This document shows, in pieces, positions 53,696 to 64,000 of a stretch of DNA of 64,000 bases. Every line of letters starts with the position of its first letter. Positions within the stretch are counted from its first letter, which is position 1. Under the pieces are notes generated by a model. The model was not told the DNA's origin and ran no database searches. It was given only the letters and a program-made list of their open reading frames with translations. The stretch is from Malacoraja senta (Eukaryota): assembly GCA_038087875.1 (NCBI GenBank), contig CM075993.1, positions 11,224,001 to 11,288,000 on the forward strand, written 5' to 3'. The position numbers were made by a program, and so were the translations under genes.

Positions 53696-54313
53696 CGAGT
53701 GGGGGGAGCAGTGTTGCAGGGTATGGAAGAGACCCTGGTGCGAGCCTCATCTATGGTGGAGGAGGGGAACCCCCGTTCCCTGAAGAATGAGGACATTTCA
53801 GATGCCCTGGTGTGGAACGCCTCATCCTGGGAGCAGATGCGGCGTAGACGGAGGAATTGGGAGTGGGGGATGGAGTCCTTACAGGAAGCAGGGAGGGAAG
53901 AAGTGTAGTCCAGATAGCCATGGGAGTCAGTAGGTTTATAATGAATGTCAGTCAGAAGTCTATCACCTGCGATGGAGATAGTGAGGTCAAGGAATGGTTG
54001 GGAAGTGTCGGAAATGGTCCAGGTGTATTTGAGTGCCGGATGGAAGTTGGTGGTGAAGTGGATGAAGTCAGTCAGTTGTGTGTGGGTGCAGGAGGTGGCA
54101 CCAAAGCAGTCATCGATGCAGCGGAGGTAGAGGTCGGGGATGGGGCCCTGGTACGCCTCGAACAAGGATTGTTCGACGTACCCGACAAAGAGGCAGGCGT
54201 AGCTGGGGCCCATGCGTGTGCCCATAGCTACGCCTTGTATTTGGAGGAAATGGGAGGAGTCAAACGAGAAGTTATTGAGGGTGAGGACCAACTCCGCTAG
54301 GCGGAGGAGAGTA
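53696..54313 (-). mobile_element. Penelope-like reverse transcriptase fragment
   Basis: NNFSF...QIQGVAMGTRMGPSYACLFVG...LRCIDD (YIDD altered)...PFLDL...HYKPTDSH...SQFLRLRRICS. Confidence 0.92.
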
Positions 54314-54959
54314 TCAGTGGCCGGGTATAGGTTGCTTCTCAGAAGAGGTAGTTGTGGCTGGGACTATCCCAACGTTTAAGAAACAGTTAGACAGGTGCAT
54401 GGATAGGACAGGTTTGGAGGGATATGGACCAAGCGCAGGCAGGTGGGACCAGTGGCGATGGGACATGTTGGCCGGTGTGGGCAAGTTGGGCTGAAGGGCC
54501 TGTTTCACTCTATGACTTTAAGGCCATTCGTGCCATCATGTTCATGCCAGATCCCAAAGGAGCAATTCAATCAGTGCCATTGCCTCTCTCCTTACAGCTC
54601 TGTTGTCTAGCTGCTAGTTCTATCTCACCCCTGACCATCAGCTAGCTTCCCTTTGATTCCCTTTACCACTAACTTTATTTGTGTTCAGTTTAGTTTATTG
54701 TCACGTGTACCGAGGTTCAGTGAAAAACTTTTGTTGAGTACCAACCAGTCAGCAGAATGACAATACATGATTACAATCGAGTCATTCACGATCTACAGAT
54801 ACATGATGAATGGAATAACGTTTAGTGCAAGATAAATTAATTTACGTCGGGGATGAACTAAAGTGGCTAATTAACCTGCCAGCACGTCTCGTGGATGTGT
54901 GAGGAGACTGGGGCACCCTGGCATACAGTGTAGTTTAGTTTTGCATGCTATCGCAAACA

Positions 54960-55468
54960 CATTCTTGCTATTGAGGGAGTGCAGCGTAGGTTTACAAGGT
55001 TAATTCCCAGGATGGCGGGACTGTCATACGCTGAGAGAATGGAGCGGCTGGGCTTGTACACTCTGGAGTTTAGAAGGATGAGAGGGTATCTCATGGAAAC
55101 ATATAAGATTGTTAAGGGCTTGGACACACTAGAGGCAGGAAACATGTTCCCGATGTTGGGGGAGTCCAGAACCAGGGGCCACAGTTTAAGAATAAGGAGT
55201 AAGCCATTTAGAACGGAGACGAGGAAACACTTTTTCTCACAGAGAGTGGTGAGTCTGTGGAATTCTCTGCCTCAGGGGGCAGGTTCTCTGGATACTTTCA
55301 AGAGAGAGCTAGATGGGGCTCTTAAAAATAGCGGAGTCTGGGGATATGGGGAGAAGGCAGGAACGGGGTACTGATTGGGGAAGATCAGCCATGATCACAT
55401 TGAATGGTGGTGCTGGCTTGAAGGGCCGAATGGCCTACTCCTGCACCTATTGTCTATTGTCTATTGTC
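54960..55468 (+). mobile_element. CR1-clade LINE 3' end
   Basis: ORF 54979-55374 and tail. Confidence 0.9.
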
Positions 55469-56477
55469 AAATCATACAATACTGTAAGTAGACAAAAATG
55501 CTGGAGAATCTCAGTGGAGTGAAGGAATAGGCAACATTTCGGGCTGAAGCCCTGCTTCAATACTGTAATCAAGTCAAACTCAAGTATAATAGATAGAGCA
55601 AAGGGGAAGATACAGAATGCAGAGTATAGTTCTCAGCATTGTAATGCATCAGTTCCAGAGACAAAGTCCAATGTGCAATGGGGTAGAGGTGCAATATCCG
55701 AGCTTATGGAAGGACCGTTCTGCAGCCTGATAACAGAGGGGAAGAAGCTGTTCCTGAGTCTGGTGGTGCGCGCTTTCAAGCTTCTGTATCTTGTGCCGGA
55801 CGGGAGCAGGGAGAAGAAGGAATGACCAGGGTGGGACAGGGACAAGTCTTTGATTATGTTGGCTGATTTTCCGAGGCAGCACGAAATGTAGTCGGAGTGT
55901 GTGGTGGGGAGGCTGGTCTGTGTGAGGGAATGGTCTACATCTATTACACTCTGCAATATCTCCCGGTCTTGGGCAGCGTTGTTTCCAAACCAAGCTGTGA
56001 AGCAACCTGACAGTCTGCTTTGTACTGTGGTGCTAGTGAGACCATCACATGACAGTGAGGTATGTATAATCTGCTAGAGACTGAGAAATGCAGATGGCAA
56101 TGAGGTGGGAAGAGTTTATATAAATAGTATGCACAACCTTGGCTCACCTTGCCGTTGCCAGCAACGCCTTCAATCCTCTGATTCCTTCCTGGACCCGTGG
56201 GCCATTTAAACTCATTGGTAGTCTACGGTGTACTTACGTTGTTACTTTACGTTGGAGTAACTCAACGGGTCAGGCAGCATCTCTGGAGAATAGGGTCGTT
56301 TTGTGTCGAGATCCTTCTTCAGACCAGGAGAAAGGTCTTGACCCGAAACATGACCTATTCCATTTTTCCAGAGATGCTGCCTGATCCGCTGAGTTAACTG
56401 TAGGTGTAGATGATGTGCTGAGACTATCACGTTGTTTTGAGCTGCCTGGATCTCCCTCCACGCCTGCCCCCCGGGCC

Positions 56478-57210
56478 ACCGACAAACAAGTCAATGCCGT
56501 GGTAAAAGCTAACTTCTTCCAGCTTCGGACGATAGCTAAAATAAAACAATTCCTCCAGTTTGATGGCCTGGAAAAGATCATCCACACATTCATCTTCTCC
56601 CGCCTCAATTACTGCAATTCCCTTTACACTGGCATCAGCCAATCTTCCCTGTCCCGCCTGCAACTGGTCCAAAACGCCTCAGCGAGACTCCTGACGGGCA
56701 CCCGAAAAAGGGACCACATCACCCCGATTCTGGCCTCTCTCCACTGGCTCCCTGTGCGGTTCCGTATAAACTTCAAGATCCTTCTTTATGTCTACAGAGC
56801 CCTTAACGGGCTTGCCCCCACCTACATCAAAAGTCTGCTTACCCACCACACCACCTCCAGGGCCCTCAGATCGGCCCACTTGGGGTTACTGAACATCCCG
56901 CGGTCTAAGCATAAGCTCAGGGGCGACCGCGCCTTTGCGGTTGCAGCTCCTAGACTGTGGAACAGCATCCCTCTTCCCATCAGAACTGCCCCCTCCATCG
57001 ACTCATTTAAGTCGAGACTTAAAACTCATCTTTACTCTCAAGCCTTTCTTGACATCCTCTGAGGGAGGGCTATATGTATGTATTCATGTATGTACTTAAT
57101 CTATGAACCAATGTTATATAACGTTAGTACCTCCACCAATGTAAAGCACTTTGGCCAACGAGAGTTGTTTTTTGAATGTGCTATAGAAATAAAAGTGACT
57201 TGACTTGACA
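56478..57210 (+). mobile_element. L2-clade LINE 3' end
   Basis: FFQLRTIAK...SRLNYCNSL...LQLVQNASARLL...HITPILASLHWLPVRFRINFKILL...RAFAVAAPRLWNSIP; tail gtaaagcactttg...aataaaag(tgact)n. Confidence 0.92.
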
Positions 57211-58629
57211 CCAGCATTTGGTGGAGGGCACACGCACAATATTGCCCTTCTATCACGATTTCTTTCAGTCCTGCAAGACAGCAAGCAGATTGGAAAAGAT
57301 GATGGCAAAGCAAGGCTTCAGACCAATTTATGTAGCGGCACAGTGGAGCTGTTGCCTCAATGATTCACAAACCCGGGTTCAATCCTGACCTCAGGTGCTG
57401 TCAGTGCGGAGTTTGCACGTGCTCCCTGTGACGGCATGGGTTCCTTCCGGGTGTTCCGGTTTCCTCCCACATCCCAAAGAAGTGTGAGTTTGTAGGTCAA
57501 TGGACCCCTCGAAAATTGCCCCTAGTGTGTAGGGCGTGGATGTGAAAGTGGGATAACATAGAACTAGTGTGTATGAAGGAACTGCAGATGCTGGTTTAAA
57601 CTGAAGATAGACACATAAAGCTGGAGTAACCCGTGGGTCAGGCAGCATCACTGGAGTAATAGAATAGGTGACGTTTTGGGTTGAAAAGAAGCATCTCGAG
57701 TCGACCCAAAACATCCACTATTCCTTTTCTCCAGAGATGCTGAGTTACTCCAGTTTTTGGTGTCTATTTTCTAGAACTACTGTGAATGGGTGATTGATAG
57801 TCGGCATGGACTCGGTGGCCAAAGGGCTTGTTTCCACCCTGTATCTTTCAATTCAATTCAGTTGAATATGTCAGTAAGATAGAGAACCCATTTGGGCTCC
57901 TGTAAAGGATTGTTTAAGGACAGCCAGCAATCTTCCCCACTTCATGCTAAGAGTAGACCAGGTTTAGATCAGTGGAGTCACTTTGTGAATGGTGAAACAT
58001 TGGCATTGACATAAGTCAACACAAATGTTCATATACATGTGTAGGACGGAACTGCAGATGCTGTTTAACACCGAAGGTAGACACAAAAAGCTGGAGTAAC
58101 TCAGCAGGACAGGCAGAATATCTGGAGAGATGAAGGGTGACGTTTCAGGTCGAGGGTCAGGGGAGAGGGAAACAAGAGATATAGGCGGCACATGGATCAA
58201 ATGAATGAAAGACATGCAAAAAAAGCATTACTGAAGAAGGATCTCGACCTAAAAAGGTCACCCATTCCTTCTATCCGGAAGTGGCGGCACTGTTTAACAG
58301 CTGCGGCTCGCCTGCAGTCCGCCTGTCTTTACTTTTTTCTGTTGGTTTTTTTGTCTTGTTTTGGTTAAGTTTTAGTTTGTTGGGTTGTGTTAGGGGGGGT
58401 GAAACATGTTCTCTGTCTCTTCCTTCGGGGGAATGCGACTTTTTCGTGTCGTATCCCCCTTCTCTGCCTCCGTCTGCGCTGAGGCCTAATGGCGGAGCTG
58501 GCGGCCTCCAACCTGCGACCGACCCCGAGGCTACAGAGGCAGAGCCAGCCAGGACTTACCAACGAGAGGCTGGCCGTCTTCGGGGCTGAGGCAGCGGTGG
58601 CCCGACTTGCTGGTGCGGCGTTCTGGCTT

Positions 58630-58815
58630 TCGGCGGCGGCCTGGAGCTGATACAGCGGGGTCCGGAGCGGAGACTGTGGGACCTGGAGCTGATACAGCGG
58701 GGTCCGGAGTGGAGACTGCGGGACCCGGAGCTGGGGCAGCGGCCCGGAGCCGAGACTGCGGGACCCGGAGCTGGGGCGGTGGCCCGGAGCTGGGGCGGCG
58801 GCCCGGAGCTGATGC
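58630..58815. repeat. GC-rich minisatellite inside a non-autonomous element (~58280-59130)
   Basis: Repeated ggagctgatacagcggggtccggag and ggcccggagctggggc units. Confidence 0.75.
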
Positions 58816-59427
58816 TGTGGCGGGCGGCGTTCCGGCTTTCGGCGGCGGCGACATCACCACGGAGGTCCGCTGGACTGGAGGGCGGCATCTTCGGCCTGGA
58901 TCGATCGCCTCAGCGCAGAGGGAGAACAAGGAGGGAAGAGACGGAGACTAAGACTTTGCCTCCATCACAGTGAGGGTGTGCTTGGTGAACTCACTGTGGT
59001 GGATGTTTAATTTGTGTTTATTGTATGTTTTGTTATTATTGGTTCTGTGTATGACTGCAGGCAACATAATTTCGTTCAGACCGAAAGGTCTGAATGACAA
59101 TAAAGGAATCTATCTATCTATCTATCTATCTCCAGAGATGCTGCCTGTCCCACTGAGTTACTCCAGCTTTTTGTGTCTGTTTTCGATGATCAAGGAAAGT
59201 TGGAGCTCACAATGGTCCATTGTTGGCTGTGGGGGAGGTGATAACGAGTGGACACAAAAACTGGAGTAACTCAGCGGGACAGGCAGCATCTCAGGCGAGA
59301 AGGAATGGGTGACGTTTCGGGTCGAGACCCTTCTTCAGACTGGCTCCACTGTGACAAACATTTGCTTTCTTTTCCCCTTCTGTACTGTTGCTGTGATTTT
59401 TAACGCTACCCTTTCTTGTCCTTGCAG

Positions 59428-59478
59428 CCCCGTCAACTCGATAAACATCCTTCACCATATACTGAGGAAGCTGATGAG
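59428..59478 (+). CDS. Candidate internal coding exon C ((N)PVNSINILHHILRKLM in the frame set by exon B)
   Basis: Strong acceptor ccctttcttgtccttgcag and donor GAG|GTGAGT; 51 nt; open in the phase-2 frame continuing exon B, and also open in phase 0 (PRQLDKHPSPYTEEADE). Confidence 0.7.
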
Positions 59479-59579
59479 GTGAGTGGTGTGTGATGCCCAG
59501 ACCTCGTGATGTGTTCATGCAAATCTCTCACACTTGGGCCCTTGGTCGGATGTAGAAGACAGTGTACGATATGGACAGT

Positions 59580-61530
59580 TTAATAGTGGCGGGGCAGGTG
59601 GGTGGAGGGGTGGGGGAGCAGCTCTGGGTTGGGCAGGGCTGGGGAACCAGTTGGGCAGTCGGCAGAGAGAGGGGGTGAAGCAGCAGTATGAGGGGTGCAG
59701 CAATGGGGAGGTGGTGGGGAGGGGGGGGCTGAATGGGTGCTAGGGCAGCTCTGGGTGGAGGGTGGGGGAGCTGTGGACATACAGCAGTGTGGGGTGGGGG
59801 TGGGGAGCAGAATGGGTGGCGGAGCAGTGTGGGATGAGGGGTTCAGTAGTGGTGGGGAGTGGGCAGTAGTGAGTGGTGGGGCAGCTCTGGGTTGGAGTGG
59901 GGTGGGGGAGCAGGATGGGGGGTGGGTGAGGCAGCAGTGTGGGGCGTTGAGCAGCAGTGGGGCGGGGAGGGGCAACAGTGTAGAGGGTGGGGGAGCAGTG
60001 GCTGGGGCATCTGGTGCGTAAAGTGCGAGCCTGGTGCGAAAAGTGCGAGCAGTATGTGAGAGAGCAGGGCTCTCGCTTAACTTTTTTCCCCTGTTGCCAG
60101 CCAGGCAACCTTGGCAGCTTTTTAGGTTGCCAAATGACAGTTTAGGTGGTCATTTAAGATGGCTTGCATGACGCGTGCGATAATGTAGGTATGAGGTCAC
60201 TATGTTAAAGGCACATGCATATCACATCTACATCCTGCTCAAATAAAGTCACAAACTAAACATATTCACCAATCAAGACATGATATATCCCACAATGACA
60301 TGCAGCAAAATTATAAGACAGTATCTCAACTCTTTTTCCACATTGCAATTAATGCAATTTCTATTAGTTCTTTCCACTTCCTAACAAAAATGTGGTTGGA
60401 TTATTCAGCGTATGATCAACCTGTGTCAATAAATCCTGGACCATGGTAACATATATGCATACATATAGTTGTGAATGTTGCTCATTAAATAACTACAGTA
60501 CTGATACTCCATATTAAGAGCATTGATTTGCCGTTAAAATGAATTCTGTAATAACGTGTCAACGGCAGCAGTGACAATCGAACACTGCGGTTTTAATGTT
60601 TCACGTGTTCACAATTTAATGAATCCATCTTTATGGATTAAAACAAATAATAACATTGGCAATTAAAACACATTTGATTGCATTCCGTTATCAAACATAG
60701 TCAATGTTCGCTCTGAAGACATTTCCAGCACAATAGGGTCAGGGGGGGTGGTGTGAATCAGTGCGGGGTGGATAGATGGCGGGGGAGGGGGGGGGAGTTA
60801 GAAGGCAGTCGGTGCAGAATGGATGGATTGAGGCAGGTGAATTAGTAAGTGTTGGTTGGAGTAGGTAAAATTGTGAGGGGAGAGCACAGGGGATGTCAGT
60901 GGTGTTGAATGGGGGGGTTCAGTACGGGATGGATGGGGGTAGACAAAAGTGTTGGATAAACTCAGCGGGTGAGGCAGCATCTATGGAGCGAAGGAAATAG
61001 GCAAGGTTTTGGGTCGAGACCCTTCTTCAGACTGTTCCCCCCATTCTTCTTGAATGGGAGGATCAGTATAAGATGGATGGGGGGGGAGATCAGCGCAGGA
61101 TGAATGGGGGGGGGGTCAGTACAGTGTGGATCGGAGGGTCTGTGCAGGATGAATGGGGGATCACTACAGGATGAATGAGGGGAAGGGGGAAAGGTGCAGG
61201 GTAAATAGAAGGTTGGTCAGTACGGGATGAATGCGTGGATTAGTACAGGATGGATGGGGGATCAGTACAGGATGGATGGAGGAGAAGTGCAGGATGGATG
61301 GAGGAGAAGTGCAGGATGGATGGGAAAGGGGTAAGTACAGGGTGAATTGGGGAACCAGTGTAGGATGGATGGGGGGGTGGGTAGATGGGGAGGGGAGCAC
61401 AGGGAATGTCAGTGAGGACTGAATAGACGCGGGAATGGGGATCAGTGCGGGATGGAGTGGAGGGGTCCCAGGATAAGGGGGTGGAGGGGCGTACAAGAGA
61501 GAGAGAGAGGGGGGGGGGGCGAGGTGGGGA
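59580..61530. repeat. G-rich degenerate tandem repeats flanking an AT-rich segment (~60065-60730) that starts with CAGGGCTCTCGCTTAAC
   Basis: Units such as ggatgaatggggggatcagtacag; possible DNA transposon interior, right TIR not found. Confidence 0.5.
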
Positions 61531-62151
61531 GGAAGGAAGGTCAGCGCTCCTCGGACGTGCGGGCCGGGCCCAGGAGCAAACTCAAACCAGGACATCTTCG
61601 GCCCTACCCACTCCCCTACGCTCAGGGTGTCCAGAGATGAGGATGGTGGGTGTGAAGTGCAGCCAGCAGACAAGGAGCAGCCCCTTCAGATAATGGAACC
61701 GGGGCTAATCTTGCAGCACCACACCCTCACTCAGCAGAGACACAGTGTCGGCTTGTTGATCGGCTGCCCTGTACAGGCACGTCACAGCAGTCTGATTTGA
61801 AAATACCTGTTCTGAGGAATATGAAATACTACGCGTTGTTCTTAATCTTTTTGCAGAACGTTGCAGACATCTTGACAGTTTTTTGATCAAATATTTCAGT
61901 TCTGAGCCCTTTAAACAACTCTCACTCAACCGCAGTGTGTTTCATGCTCTTTGATCAACCTCAACTCTCTTGGTTGCACAGACAACTTTGATTTTGTTGA
62001 GCATTCATTTATTCAATGTTTTACAAAATTACAAATTATATATCTGTGTGTTATTGCATTAGTGGGGCTGTTAAGGTGCAGCAAGGAAAAAAGGTCATTG
62101 TTCTGATGGTGGTATGTATAACAATTAAACACTCTTGACTCATTTGAACAT

Positions 62152-62722
62152 CCTCCAACCTCATCTACTGTATCCGTTGTTCCAAGTATATCGGCGAGAC
62201 CAAGCGCAGGCTTGGCGATCGTTTCACGGAACTCCTCCGCTCAGTCCGCCCAGGTCTACCCAATCTCCCAGTTGCCAAACACTTTAACTCCCCCTCCCAT
62301 TCCCACACTGACCTTTCTGTCCTGGGCCTCCTTCAATGTCAGAGTGAGGCCCAGCACAAATTGGAGGAACAGCACCTCATATTTCGCTTGGGCAGCTTAC
62401 AACCCAGCGGTATGAATATTGATTTCTCTAACTTCAAGTAACCCTTGCATCCCCGCTCTCTCCATCCCTCCCCACCTTAGTCATTCTGCTAGTTTTACTG
62501 TTCGTATCCCTTCATTATCACTTCCTCCACAGCCAACAATGGATCATTGTGTGCTCTTTGAGCTGCGTTGCCGGCTCTGATCTGTCCTGTAACTTTTCAT
62601 ACCTCTAGTTTCCCTCTCCCCTGACTCAGTCTGAAGAAGGGTCTCGACCCGAAACATCACCCATTCCTTTTCTCCAGAGATGCTGCCTGTCCCGCTGAGT
62701 TACTCCAGCATTTTGTGTCAAC
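62152..62722 (+). mobile_element. Penelope-like element 3' part (GIY-YIG remnant plus terminal repeat)
   Basis: SNLIYCIRCS...YIGETKRRLGDRF...LEEQHLIFRLGSLQPSGMNIDF; hammerhead-like core at 62631. Confidence 0.88.
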
Positions 62723-63021
62723 TTTTGACTCTTGTCTGCTCTGTGGCAAGTTGGCATGGAGTAGCAAAAGCAGTTAGTGTGAGTTGCCTTAAACGCTGAG
62801 GGAGAACAGGTCTCAGTGATGTGTAAGAAGGAACTGCAGATGTTCGTTCAAACCGAAGATAGACACAAAAAGCTGGAGTAACTCAGTGCTGGGACCTCAT
62901 GTCCATTATTTCTTTATTAACCTTTCCCTAGTAAGGTTCTTTCTTGCCTGTGTAAATGGCTCGATCTCCTTCTTGCGTTTGGAGTGCACGTCCAAAAGTT
63001 GAATCATATGTAAAGAATCAT

Positions 63022-63492
63022 ATGCTGTCATATGCTGAGAGAATGGAGCAGCTGGGCTTGTACACTCTGGAGTTTAGATGGATGAGAGGAGATCTCATTG
63101 AAACATATAAGATTGTTAAGGGCTTGGACACGCTGGACGCAGGAAACATGTTCCCGATGTTGGGGGAGTCCAGAACCAGGGGCCACAGTTTAAGAATAAG
63201 GAGTAAGCCATTTAGAACAGAGATGAGGAAACACTTTTTCTCACAGAGAGTGGCGAGTCTGTGGAATTCTCTGCCTCAGAGGGCGGTGGAGGTAGGTTCT
63301 CTGGATGCTTTTAGGTTCTCTGGATGCTTTCAAGAGAGAGCTAGATAGGGCTCTTAAAAATAGCGGAGTCAGGGGATATGGGGAGAAGGCATGAACGGGG
63401 TACTGATTGGGGATGATCAGCCATGATTACATTGAATGGCGGTGCTGGCTCGAAGGGTCGAATGGCCTACTGCATCTATTGTCTACTGTCTA
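63022..63492 (+). mobile_element. CR1-clade LINE 3' end
   Basis: ORF 62956-63348; internal tandem duplication of aggttctctggatgcttt. Confidence 0.88.
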
Positions 63493-64000
63493 TTGTTGTG
63501 GGACAAGTTGTTCTATTTGATCTTATTTGATTGTGCTCGCCGGGTTAATTGCATTTGTCGAAACAGAGCGGACCACGTGAAAGTTGCAATCTTCTATCCC
63601 AATGGCTCGATTAGAATCATGTGTTGTCTTTTCACTGACTGGATAGCCGCAACAAAAGCTTTTAACTGTACCTCGGTACACGCGACAATAAACTAAACTG
63701 AACTGAAACTGATAACATACTGATATAGATTGAGAACTGATTATTGGGCAAAGAGCAAAATGAAAGACGAAACATAGCCACCATGGGCTAGAAGGCTTGA
63801 GGGGTGATGGGTTGGGGAGGGGGTGGGGGGTGGGGATCTGTGCTCAAATTTTAATGTCAAGTAATAATTTTGCTGAGAGAACGAAATGCCACATTTCCAA
63901 GTTGCTGAAGATACTAAAGTAAATGGAGGAAGATTTAACGAGAATTCAGAGGCTGTGGACAAGAAGCTTTTTGCCACATTGGATATTGACTACAGAATGT

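Noticed and set aside
58630..58815. CRISPR-like repeat array
   Set aside because: Degenerate tandem minisatellite without unique spacers; no cas genes; eukaryotic context

Overview
Repeat-dominated eukaryotic DNA, most likely from a cartilaginous fish such as a skate or ray. This is inferred from abundant HE1/V-SINE-like tRNA SINEs and CR1 (HER1-like) LINE 3' fragments. Most of the ORF track is transposon-derived or microsatellite noise. The window looks like intronic sequence of one + strand gene: three small exons with canonical splice sites (34756-34885, 51317-51401, 59428-59478) join in frame into an ~88-aa peptide I cannot name. Other content: a decayed RPL35A processed pseudogene; Penelope-like element fragments (RT and GIY-YIG); many Penelope-derived short repeats carrying a minimal hammerhead-ribozyme-like core, often as TSD-flanked inverted dimers; PIF/Harbinger and hAT-like MITEs; L1, L2, Rex1/Babar and RTE-derived fragments; two long CA/TG microsatellites; and a 200-N assembly gap. 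I found no prokaryotic systems, CRISPR arrays, rRNA or true tRNA genes. Family names come from recalled motifs, not from database searches.
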